Position numbers and translations under genes: made by a program
Part shown: in pieces, positions 36,601 through 48,462 of the stretch
How the letters are laid out: each line of letters begins with the position of its first letter
Numbering within the stretch: position 1 is the stretch's first letter
Source: Nemertoderma westbladi
Lineage: Eukaryota; Animalia; Xenacoelomorpha
Direction: 5' to 3'
NCBI GenBank assembly: GCA_032718475.1
Contig: JAUCBJ010001313.1
Coordinates: forward strand, 1 to 52,299
DNA: 52,299 bases
Notes under the pieces: generated by a model
What the model saw: only the letters and a program-made list of their open reading frames with translations
What the model was told of the DNA's origin: nothing
The model's database searches: none

Positions 36601-37757
36601 GTACTTTGGAGTTTCAAGGTCCACACATTATATGTTATATCCGGTTATATCCAAATGATCAGTATGGTACTGCAGTAGACCTCAACACGGAAAATTTATC
36701 CACTTACTGACTAATAGGCTGATAGGAGAGCAACATGTGCATAGTGAGTTAGTCAGTTAGTGATGGATATGATGTAAACTTATACATCGATTGAATAATT
36801 CAGTAATTGGTGTTAGAATTAATGATTTTACTTTCTTCATCTTTTCCAACTCCTGAACTCACCAGGCAGCCAGGCTCCTGGATTTTACTAAGTGCTTGAC
36901 TGCTTGAGTGACATAGGCAGATAGGCCTAGGTGGCCTATGCCACGAACTCTGGAAGTTGAAAATTAACAAATATATCCCTTTCCGACCCAGTCTGCCAGT
37001 ACAGCAGTATGAAGGATCTGCATGACTCTCACACCACTTCAGCACTTGAGCATCAAAAGCGCGTAAAATGCAAAACGAGCGCGCAGTGCTTTCAAACGCG
37101 CGCACTCTACTGCTCTAACATACAACTACCGCAGTTACTGAACGACTGAACTACCGGTATCTGTACAGCTGTAGGCCTATGCCGGTCCCGGTACAGGTTC
37201 AGAGGTACTAGTAGGCTGGTAGGCCAATGACTGTATGACTGTATGAGGTCTTGAAAACTACAGTCAGACGCAGTATCTTACAAAATGTCAGGGTGACAGT
37301 CTGACAATGACAGGCAACTACTGGTATGGTAATACTGCACTACCGGCCCCCTTAGCAGCTTAGTACCTTTATGCATGAACTGGAACAGGTGAAGGCCTAA
37401 CTGCTTATGATGGCTGTATGCTGTATGTGATTTTGAAATTTGGCGCCAAGGGCAAACTAAACCTCTACAGACAGACAGACTAAAAAATCCAAACACAATA
37501 ATGTTATGGTCAAAGTGATAACTAATTGTTGCCTTCAAACTGCATAATATTTTTAAGGTGAAAATTGGAAGTCGGATTTCACCATAAAATATTTAAGATT
37601 AAAATTAAGGGGGTAATTCAATTTCACCATAAATTATTTATGAATTTACTTAACCATAAAGATGTCAAGGTGAAAACTTTATAAATGCGGTGAAATTCAT
37701 TACACCATGAAAAGCCACAACATTGTTGGTGTCAATTCATGACACCTGTTTACAGTG

Positions 37758-37894
37758 TACTGTAACTGTAACCCTCTAGAAAGCAGAGCGGGGTCAGTGT
37801 CGGTGACTGTCCAGTCCACGGTGACAACCCACCGCCACTGTAACTGTATCCCTCTAGAAAGCAGAGCGGGGTCAGCGTCGGTGACTGTCCACTG
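37758..37894. repeat. 78-bp satellite, segment 2
   Basis: ~1.7 monomers between the two insertions. Confidence 0.95.
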
Positions 37895-40672
37895 TAGGGT
37901 GTTACAAAAATCACTTTTTTGCCCCAATGGCTTGGAAACTTCGACATGTTTTGCCATTTTAGTATAGAAGTGCAATGCAAAAAATCATTTTGAAAAATAT
38001 TTAGTGGAAGAGGTGTCACACGAGTCACAAAATCTGAGAAATTTAACAAAATATAGCAGTTTTAATTCACTGATAAATCTAGCGATAGATGATTGCAATG
38101 ACCTGAAACTCATGTTATGTAATGCATTTATCATGGGCTTTCCAATAACGTTTTTGGCATTGTTAAATTGACAAGAACAGATGTGTCACATTGAGTTTGA
38201 AAAATTGAATTTTTTTAAAAAATCTAAGAAATTTAACAAAATATAGCAGTTTTAATTTACCGATAAATCTAGCGATAGATGATTGCAATGAACTGAAACT
38301 CATGTTATGTAATGCATTTATCATTTCTATAATTTCAAAATTTAAGATCTAAATGTATGAAAACTGAGTGTGTTCCTCTCCTTACCAGTACTATGTATTT
38401 CTACTACTACTACTTCATCTACTACTAAGTTACTCCATGACCCTTTTGTTTTGCTTCATTCATAAAGGCCATGCAACAAAGTACTGAAGTAGGGCAGTAA
38501 GGTGTGTTACTACAACAACAACAGTACAATTATATTAAATTGCAGCATTTCCACAATTACATATATTTTAAAATTACAAATTTAATAATAGGTGATTTTG
38601 TTAAATTCGTACAGTTAAACCGGTCCGGTAGGACTACTACCAATTTTTGGATGGAAAACTGCCAATGTCGGAAGACTGCTAAAATCGGTAGGCTGGAAGG
38701 CAGTCGGTAAGCCCGACTCAATGTGAGCAGTCAATGAAGAGAACAAACATTTGGCTCATCAACGCGACATCACCAGGAAGAAACTCGAGATGGAACAACA
38801 CAAGGAGGCATTAATTCTAGAACAACAAAGACAGTTGGCTGCGGCCAAATCGCAATAGGAGGCCTATGAATTGGAGGATCGAGAGCAACGGACTGCTCAA
38901 GAACTCGAGCAGGCTCAATCCCTGCTAAACAATGACGGCGCTGAGTCACTAATCAGCAGCCTGAACCATCGATTGTGCGCTTCAACGAGATACATGGAGC
39001 CGACACCATAGAAGCACATCAACATTATGCGCAATAAATCTATAGACTGGTTGCCAAGGATTGGGTGGACCCAGTGGATGCGGGGACTCCTGGAAACCAG
39101 GTAAGTCACCCCGGAGGTTGCCATGAGCCCGAACCTAGACACCAATTAGAACCAACCACACCTCAGGTAACACCCTTTGTCTTGAATCCCATACGACCTC
39201 AAGTAGAGTCTCGATAAAGATTTGTGACTAACGAAGGCGATCAAGCCGAGTGGGATGGAGCTCGAGACAGTGAGCGGTTTAATCCAAGTCCTACTCCAGG
39301 TAAGCCCAACATCCATATGTATCAATTAAATTTAGCAATTAGGGAAGGTAATAAGGAGGTGTGGGATGAAGTCATCCATAGAAAAAGGTATAGTCCAACA
39401 TATTCAGTCACAAGTCCAACAGGTGCAGGGACAAGTTCAAACTGTATGTGGTGTTGTGCAAGAAGTGCAGCAAAGAATTCAGTACGTCAAAGTGCAGGTG
39501 GATAAGGAGTTCGACCATGTTAGGTGTAATATCCCTGAGGTCAATGACAATGTAGAACGAGATCAACATGAGAATGAAAAGTTTAGAGTACAGGAACAAC
39601 AGTACCAACGTCCTGAAGACCATCCCAAGTTTAAACCACCACAATAATGGCAAGAATGCCCAGTTATAAATATTCAGGCAGACTCAGAGTTTGAGACTGA
39701 CTATAGACCACCAGTCAGTGAGAAGGTAACCTATCACGGGACGAATTCGCGTACTCGTCCACAGGTAAGTTATCCTACTCATCAGTTGAACCGATTCCAA
39801 CTTATGTCCATCAACGGGTAGGAAGGGAAGACAATACTATGGTCAACTCAATCACAGTGGGTTTTGTCTTCCACCATTACATCCTCCGCACTTCACTGGT
39901 TAATCTAAACATTGGAGAACCTTCATCAACTATATCAAGACTAATGTCGCTCAACAGGATTTCTCACCGACTGAGAAATTCAACTACTTATACCAACAGT
40001 TGAGAGGTCAACTGAAGGAATTGGTAAGTACGTTTATAGGTGATGACAATGCCTCTGAGGGGGCTTATGACAGGTTAGTTACTGTGTATCGCGGCAATGT
40101 AAAGATGGCCACGTCAGTAATAGTTGAACTAACTCAGGGGGGACCAGCACATTCCCATATAGAATTAGTTAAGTTTTCAAACTCAATGTGACACATCTGA
40201 TCTTGTCAATTTCACAATGCCAAAAACGTTATTGGAAAGCCCATGATAAATGCATTACATAACATGAGTTTCAGATCATTGCAATCATCTATCGCTAGAT
40301 TTATCGGTAAATTAAAACTGCTATATTTTGTTAAATTTCTTAAATTTTTTAAAAAAATTCAATTTTTCAAACTCAATGTGACACATCTGATCTTGTCAAT
40401 TTCACAATGCCAAAAACGTTATTGGAAAGCCCATGATAAATGCATTACATAACATAAGTTTCAGATCATTGCAATCATCTCTCGCTAGATTTATCGGTAA
40501 ATTAAAACTGCTATATTTTGTTAAATTTCTCAGATTTTGTGACTCGTGTGACACCTCTTCCACTAAATATTTTTCAAAACGGTTTTTTGCATTGTACTTC
40601 TACTTTAAAATGGCAAAACATGTCGAAGTTTCCAAGCAATTGGGGCAAAAAAGTGATTTTTGTAACACCCTG
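37895..40672. mobile_element. Long-TIR non-autonomous DNA element (TAGGG...CCCTG ends, possibly hAT-like) carrying a gag fragment
   Basis: TAGGGTGTTACAAAAATCACTTTTT / AAAAAAGTGATTTTTGTAACACCCTG; inverted arms ~37895-38325 and ~40175-40672, each with a 190-bp internal duplication; no convincing TSD. Confidence 0.8.
38650..40175 (+). pseudogene. Decayed BEL/Pao gag fragment without an LTR
   Basis: Coiled-coil-like RKKLEMEQHKEALILEQQRQL, then DUF1759-like PHFTG*SKHWRTF...SPTEKFNYLYQQLRG..KELV....AYDRL...Y from ~39885; multiple stops. Confidence 0.7.
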
Positions 40673-42114
40673 TCCAGTCCACGGTGACAACCCACCGCCA
40701 CTGTAACTGTAACCCTCTAGAAAGCAGAGCGGGGTCAGTGTCGGTGACTGTCCACCGGTGACAACCCACCGCCACTGTAACTGTAACCCTCTAGCAAGCA
40801 GAGCGGGGTCAGTGTCGGTGACAACCCACCGCCACTGTAACTGTAACCCTCTAGCAAGCAGAGCGGGATCAGTGTCGGTGACTGTCCAGTCCACGGTGAC
40901 AACCCACCGCCACTGTAACTGTAACCCTCTAGCAAGCAGAGCGGGGTCAGTGTCGGTGACAACCCACCGCCACTGTAACTGTAACCCTCTAGCAAGCAGA
41001 GCGGGATCAGTGTCGGTGACTGTCCAGTCTACGGTGACAACCCACCGCCACTGTAACTGTAACCCTCTAGCAAGCAGAGCGGGATCAGTGTCGGTGACTG
41101 TCCAGTCCACGGTGACAACCCACCGCCACTGTAACTGAAACCCTCTAGCAAGCAGAGCGGGGTCAGTGTCGGTGACTGTCCAGTCCACGGTGACAACCCA
41201 CCGCCACTGTAACTGTAACCCTCTAGCAAGCAGAGCGGGATCAGTGTCGGTGACTGTCCAGTCCACGGTGACAACCCACCGCCACTGTAACTGTAACCCT
41301 CTAGCAAGCAGAGCGGGGTCAGTGTCGGTGACTGTCCAGTCCACGGTGACAACCCACCGCCACTGTAACTGTAACCCTCTAGCAAGCAGAGCGGGATCAG
41401 TGTCGGTGACTGTCCAGTCCACGGTGACAACCCACCGCCACTGTAACTGTAACCCTCTAGAAAGCAGAGCGGGGTCAGTGTCGGTGACTGTCCAGTCCAC
41501 GGTGACAACCCACCGCCACTGTAACTGTAACCCTCTAGAAAGCAGAGCGGGGTCAGTGTCGGTGACTGTCCAGTCCACGGTGACAACCCACCGCCACTGT
41601 AACTGTAACCCTCTAGAAAGCAGAGCGGGATCAGTGTCGGTGACTGTCCAGTCCACGGTGACAACCCACCGCCACTGTAACTGTAACCCTCTAGAAAGCA
41701 GAGCGGGGTCAGTGTCGGTGACTGTCCAGTCCACGGTGACAACCCACCGCCACTGTAACTGTAACCCTCTAGAAAGCAGAGCGGGGTCAGTGTCGGTGAC
41801 TGTCCAGTCCACGGTGACAACCCACCGCCACTGTAACTGTAACCCTCTAGAAAGCAGAGCGGGGTCAGTGTCGGTGACTGTCCAGTCCACGGTGACAACC
41901 CACCGCCACTGTAACTGTAACCCTCTAGAAAGCAGAGCGGGATCAGTGTCGGTGACTGTCCAGTCCACGGTGACAACCCACCGCCACTGTAACTGTAACC
42001 CTCTAGCAAGCAGAGCGGGGTCAGTGTCGGTGACTGTCCAGTCCACGGTGACAACCCACCGCCACTGTAACTGTAACCCTCTAGCAAGCAGAGCGGGGTC
42101 AGTGTCGGTGACTG
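40673..42114. repeat. 78-bp satellite, segment 3 (~19 copies, some 60-bp deletion variants)
   Basis: Same monomer and orientation as segments 1 and 2. Confidence 0.97.
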
Positions 42115-42202
42115 TATTATTATTATATCATATCAGTTACCTGATCAGCGATCCGGGAAAAACAACCCACCGCAACAATTGTAACGTGATTATTTCTATT
42201 AA

Positions 42203-43849
42203 GGTGGGGGGGGGGGGGGGGGGGGTACACCCCCCCTCAGGTCAAAATTTTCGTTTTTTGTTTTTTATTTTATCTAGAGTAGAATTTAATGCGGATTTCA
42301 AATCTGGAAACGGCTTAGCGAGATCTCTTTTACTTCTCGAGTAATGGCTGGTTTTCCGTCTGTATGTCTGTCTGTCTGTCCATCGAAATATTAAAAAGGG
42401 CATAAAATAAGCAATCTGAAATGTTTGCTGTTAGGATTTTTCTTCATGTCGATGTCTGTTTTCATATTTGGAATTTTCTAATCACTATGTCTGTATCTCA
42501 GTCTGTCTCTCAGTTTGTCTGTCTGTCTGTCTGTTTGTATGTCTGTCTGTCTGTCAACATGTCCGTCAAATTTTAATTAATATATATTTAATTGACATTT
42601 GTGAGTTTTGTATTACATATTGAACAATGTATAATGGACTTGTTGTCTACTAGTAATAACAAATGTGAACCATCATATAACAAGAGCTAGCTAGTAATAA
42701 TAATTCGGGGAAACAACCATAAATTTATTTTTTTTTAATTCCGCAGGCTCTAGAATAATTCACGTGCTGCGCGAAGTCTTCATGTGCTGCATGAACTTTT
42801 CATGTGCCGCGTGAAGGCTTCTCATTCTGATTAAAATAAAACGCTTTCCGAGGTGCTCGATTAATTAACGTGCTTTGTGAAGAATTTAAGTGCTACGTGA
42901 AACCTTCACCTGTTGCGCAAATGTCTCACGTGCTGCGCGAAGGTTCCACGTGCTGCGCAAAGCTTAATGTTCTGTGTAAAGGCTTATTATAAAATTATGC
43001 GGAAATTTTTATATAATTTTGAATGTTTCTTAAGGTTGTCTCATTATTCCATGACTATTTATTACTAAATGACGAAATAGTATGCGATCAAATTAATACG
43101 CCAAAATGAAATTTGTTCACGTGCTGCGCGAAGTGTTTTTTGGCAAGCACTCTAAATTATTTTAACAGGTTGTTAAAAGTGGGTAGGGGTTTTTTTGAAC
43201 CAAATTTCATGAAATCCATTGAAAAATCACAAAATATGGATAGGGGATAACCAATGGGAAAAGAAAAGGAGATACCAGTACTGAAAATAGCGGGAACATT
43301 TGAAATATATTGTTCTTAAACTTTAAATGCGTTTATCTCGGAATTGTATTTTTCACATTCAAAATACTACTACTCGGCCATTTCTTAACCAATTTTCGAA
43401 ATTTTTTTTTGTTTGATTTCTTTTCGGGTTTTGATCAAAAGTTATCGGTTAGAATTTTGAATTGTGCCATATTAATTTCTTGAAATTAGTTAATATCTAA
43501 TAAGTAATAATTAATATTAGTTAATAATATTTAAAAAATATTTAAGACCTAAATAAAAAATGTAACCGATAAGTTTTGTGGAGCCGAGGATGCTGATTCA
43601 GAAAAACCAAGTTTCGAAAATTTTCGCCCAAAATTGTGAGACTAGTAGTGTTTTTAATGAAATTAACAATTTCGCTGGTGGCCGCTAGAGGGCGACGAAA
43701 ATTTGAAAATTTTTCTTTTGAACCCAATCTTTGGCCATATGTTAATCCCCCGAAAGGTATAAAATATACAAAACTACACACAAGCAGAAATTATAGCCAT
43801 TTGCAAAAAAGGTCCATAGGGGGGTGTACCCCCCCCCCCCCCCCCCCCC
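42203..43849. mobile_element. Non-autonomous Kolobok-like DNA element, copy 1
   Basis: TTAA at 42199-42202 and 43850-43853; TIR GG(G)nGTACACCCCCC / GGGGGGTGTAC(C)n. A TTAA TSD with purine-starting ends is the Kolobok pattern; no coding capacity seen. Confidence 0.7.
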
Positions 43850-44029
43850 TTAATTACTTGCATTGTATAAAACCATAAATTAGCTGTTTGATTTGTTATT
43901 TTTTAGATGATACATTTTAAATTGTTGTCATTATAAATTAAGATTTATTTAAAGGAAAAATTGTGGATTTTTACATTCAAAAATACATTAGCTGTTATCG
44001 CCGCATCGTACAAAGTCTGCAGCCACTAG

Positions 44030-47000
44030 TGGGGACAATAGGGAACGGGGGGACAATTAATAGGGAACTGCGGAAGGACAGGAAACTGGGGTACTGTGGT
44101 GATAATAGAGAACTGGAGAAGGACAGAAAACTGGGGGCCTATAGGGAATTGGGGGAAGGACAGAAAACTGGGGAACTGGAGGGACAATAGGGAGCTGGGG
44201 AGACAATAGGGAACTGGGGAGGGACAGAAAACTGGGGGCCTATAGGGAATTGGGGGAAGGACAGAAAACTGGGGGCCTATAGGGAATTGGGGGAAGGACA
44301 GAAAACTGGGGGCCTATAGGGAATTTGGGAAGGACAGAAAACTGGGGAACTGGAGGGACAATAGGGATCTGGGGAGACAATAGGGAACTGGAGGAAGGAC
44401 AGAAAACTGGGGGCCTATAGGCAATTGGGGGAAGGACAGAAAACTGGGGGCCTATAGGGAATTGGGGAAGGATAGAAAACTGGGGGCCTATAGGGAATTG
44501 GAGAAGGACAGAAAACTGGAGCCACTAGGAGGGACAATAGGGATCTGGGGAGACAATAGGGAACTGGGGAAGGACAGAAAACTGGGGGCCTATAGGCAAT
44601 TGGGGGAAGGACAGAAAACTGGGGGCCTATAGGGAATTGGGGGAAGGACAGAAAACTGGAGAACTGGAGGGACAATAGGGATCTGGGGAGACAATAGGGA
44701 ACTGGGGAAGGACAGAAAACTGGGGGCCTATAGGCAATTGGGGGAAGGACAGAAAACTGGGGGCCTGGATGGGAAGGGAACTGGGGCATAGGATGGGGAA
44801 GGACAGAAAACTGGGGGCCTATAGGGAATTGGGGGAAGGACAGAAAACTGGGGGCCTATAGGGAATTGGGGAAGGACAGAAAACTGGGGAACTGGAGGGA
44901 CAATAGGGATCTGGGGAGACAATAGGGAACTGGGGAAGGACAGAAAACTGGGGGCCTATAGGCAATTGGGGGAAGGACAGAAAACTGGGGGCCTATAGGG
45001 AATTGGGGGAAGGACAGAAAACTGGAGAACTGGAGGGACAATAGGGATCTGGGGAGACAATAGGGAACTGGGGAAGGACAGAAAACTCAGGGGGCCTATA
45101 GGGAATTGGGGAAGGACAGAAAACTGGGGGCCTATAGGGAATTGGGGGAAGGACAGAAAACTGGGGGCCTATAGGGGATTGGGCGAAGGACAGAAAACTG
45201 GGGAACTGGAGGGACAATAGGGATCTGGGGAGACAATAGGGAACTGGGGATTAGGGGGACAATAGGGAACTGGGGGGACAACTTATAGGGAATTGGGGAA
45301 GGACAGAAAACTGGGGACTGGGGCTGACTAATAGGGAACTGGGGAAGGACAGAAAACTGGGGGCCTATAGGCAATTGGGGGAAGGACAGAAAACTGGGGA
45401 ACTGGAGGGACAATAGGGAGCTGGGGAGACAATAGGGAACTGGGGAAGGGACAGATAGGGAACTGGGGGACTATAGGGAACTGGGGGAAGGACAGAAAAC
45501 TGGGGGCCTATAGGGAACTGGGGAAGGACAGAAAACTGGGGGCCTATAGGGAATTGGGGGAAGGACAGAAAACTGGGGAACTGGAGGGACAATAGGGAGC
45601 TGGGGAGACAATAGGGAACTGGGGAAGGACAGAAACTGGGGAACTGGAGGGACAATAGGGATCTGGGGAGACAATAGGGAACTGGGGGAAGGACAGAAAA
45701 CTGGGGGCCTATAGGGAATTGGGGGAAGGACAGAAAACTGGGGGCCTATAGGGAATTGGGGGAAGGACAGAAAACTGGGGGCCTATAGGGAATTGGGGAA
45801 GGACAGAAAACTGGGGAACTGGGGGACAATAGGGACTGGGGAGACAATAGGGAACTGGGAAGGACAGAAACTGGGGAACTGGAGGGACAATAGGGATCTG
45901 GGGAGACAATAGGGAACTGGGGAAGGACAGAAAACTGGGGGCCTATAGGCAATTGGGGGAAGGACAGAAAACTGGGGGCCTATAGGGAATTGGGGGAAGG
46001 ACAGAAAACTGGGGGCCTATAGGAATTGGGGAAGGACAGAAAACTGGAGGGACAATAGGGACTGGGGAGACAATAGGGAACTGGGGAAGACAGAAAACTG
46101 GGGGCCTATAGCGAATTGGGGAAGGACAGAAAACTGGGGGCCTATAGGGAATTGGGGGAAGGACAGAAAACTGGGGGCCTATAGGGAATTGGGGGAAGGA
46201 CAGAAAACTGGGGAACTGGAGGGACAATAGGGATCTGGGGAGACAATAGGGAACTGGGGAAGGACAGAAAACTGGGGGCCTATAGGCAATTGGGGGAAGG
46301 ACAGAAAACGGGGGCCTATAGGGAATTGGGGGCCTATAGGGAATTGGGGGAAGGACAGAAAACGGAGGGCCTATAGGGAATTGGGGAAGGACAGAAAACT
46401 GGAGAACTGGAGGGACAATAGGGATCTGGGGAGACAATAGGGAACTGGGGAAGGACAGAAAACTGGGGGCCTATAGGCAATTGGGGGAAGGACAGAAAAC
46501 TGGGGGCCTATAGGGAATTGGGGGAAGGACAGAAAACTGGAGAACTGGAGGGACAATAGGGATCTGGGGAGACAATAGGGAACTGGGGGAAGGACAGAAA
46601 GACTGGGGGCCTATAGGGAATTGGGGGAAGGACAGAAAACTGGGGGCCTATAGGGAATTGGGGGAAGGACAGAAAACTGGGGGCCTATAGGGAATTGGGG
46701 GAAGGACAGAAAACTGGAGAACTGGAGGGACAATAGGGATCTGGGGAGACAATAGGGAACTGGGGGAAGGACAGAAAACTCGGGGGCCTATAGGGAATTG
46801 GGGAAGGACAGAAAACTGGGGGCCTATAGGGAATTGGGGGAAGGACAGAAAACTGGGGGCCTATAGGGAATTGGGGAAAGGACATAAAACTGGGGGCCTA
46901 TAGGGAATTGGGGGAAGGACAGAAAACTGGGGGCCTATAGGGAATTGGGGGAAGGACAGAAAACTGGGGGCCTATAGGGAATTGGGGGAAGGACAGAAAA

Positions 47001-47886
47001 CTGGGGAACTGGAGGGACAATAGGGAGCTGGGGAGACAATAGGGAACTGGGGAAGGACATAAAACTCAGGGGGCCTATAGGGAATTGGGGAAGGACAGAA
47101 AACTGGGGGCCTATAGGGAATTGGGGGAAGGACAGAAAACTGGGGAACTGGAGGGACAATAGGGATCTGGGGAGACAATAGGGAACTGGGGAAGGACAGA
47201 AAACTGGGGGCCTATAGGCAATTGGGGGAAGGACAGAAAACTGGGGGCCTATAGGGAATTGGGGAAGGACAGAAAACTGGGGAACTGGAGGGACAATAGG
47301 GATCCGGGGAGACAATAGGGAACTGGGGAAGGACAGAAAACTGGGGGCCTATAGGCAATTGGGGAAGGACAGAAAACTGGGGGCCTATAGGGAATTGGGG
47401 GAAGGACAGAAAACTGGGAACTGGAGGGACAATAGGGATCGGGGAGACAATAGGGAACTGGGGAAGGACAGAAAACTGGGGGCCTATAGGCAATTGGGGG
47501 AAGGACAGAAAACTGGGGGCCTATAGGGAATTGGGGAAGGACAGAAAACTGGGGAACTGGAGGGACAATAGGGATCTGGGGAGACAATAGGGAACTGGGG
47601 GAAGGACATAAAACTCAGGGGGCCTATAGGGAATTGGGGAAGGACAGAAAACTGGGGGCCTATAGGGAATTGGGGAAGGACAGAAAACTGGGGAACTGGA
47701 GGGACAATAGGGATCCGGGGAGACAATAGGGAACTGGGGGAAGGACATAAAACTCAGGGGGCCTATAGGGAATTGGGGAAGGACAGAAAACTGGGGGCCT
47801 ATAGGGAATTGGGGAAGGACAGAAAACTGGGGAACTGGAGGGACAATAGGGATCCGGGGAGACAATAGGGAACTGGGGGGAAGGAC
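44030..47886 (+). repeat. G-rich complex satellite, copy 1 (37-bp and ~65-bp units)
   Basis: GGGGGAAGGACAGAAAACTGGGGGCCTATAGGGAATT interleaved with ...AACTGGAGGGACAATAGGGATCTGGGGAGACAATAGGGAACTG. Confidence 0.96.
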
Positions 47887-47887
47887 G

Positions 47888-48374
47888 GTGTCAGTGTCGG
47901 TGACTGTCCAGTCCACGGTGACAACCCACCGCCACTGTAACTGTAACCCTCTAGAAAGCAGAGCGGGATCAGTGTCGGTGACTGTCCAGTCCACGGTGAC
48001 AACCCACCGCCACTGTAACTGTAACCCTCTAGCAAGCAGAGCGGGGTCAGTGTCGGTGACTGTCCAGTCCACGGTGACAACCCACCGCCACTGTAACTGA
48101 AACCCTCTAGCAAGCAGAGCGGGGTCAGTGTCGGTGACTGTCCAGTCCACGGTGACAACCCACCGCCATTGTAACTGTAACCCTCTAGCAAGCAGAGCGG
48201 GGTCAGTGTCGGTGACTGTCCAGTCCACGGTGACAACCCACCGCCATTGTAACTGTAACCCTCTAGCAAGCAGAGCGGGATCAGTGTCGGTGACTGTCCA
48301 GTCCACGGTGACAACCCACCGCCACTGTAACTGTAACCCTCTAGCAAGCAGAGCGGGATCAGTGTCGGTGACTG
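47888..48374. repeat. 78-bp satellite, segment 4 (~6 copies)
   Basis: Same monomer; same right junction (ACTGTATTATTATTATATCA) as at 42111. Confidence 0.97.
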
Positions 48375-48462
48375 TATTATTATTATATCATATCAGTTAC
48401 CTGATCAGCGATCCGGGAAAAACAACCCACTGCAACAATTGTAACGTGATTCTTTCTATTAA

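Larger units (their letters stand above)
33612..37757 (-). mobile_element. Non-autonomous CMC/EnSpm (CACTA-like) DNA transposon, 4.1 kb, inserted in the 78-bp satellite
   Basis: TIR CACTGTAAACAGG...CCTGTTTACAGTG; many subterminal TTTCACC(AT)/GGTGAAA motifs at both ends; satellite resumes in register; 2-bp flanks CA/TA; SAMD3-like ORF inside. Confidence 0.82.

Noticed and set aside
40243-40706. Repeated short ORFs MINALHN... and MLNFSDF... (also at 37700-38049)
   Set aside because: They arise from the AT-rich inverted arms and their 190-bp duplication; no coding signal
40574-42344. 350-490-aa ORFs on both strands of the 78-bp satellite (also at 32927-33672 and 47521-48538)
   Set aside because: 78 is a multiple of 3, so stop-free frames persist automatically; there are overlapping frames, no real ATG context, and the array is interrupted by transposons
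42203-43849. piggyBac assignment for the TTAA-flanked element
   Set aside because: piggyBac ends start with CC(C/T); these start with GG, which fits Kolobok better
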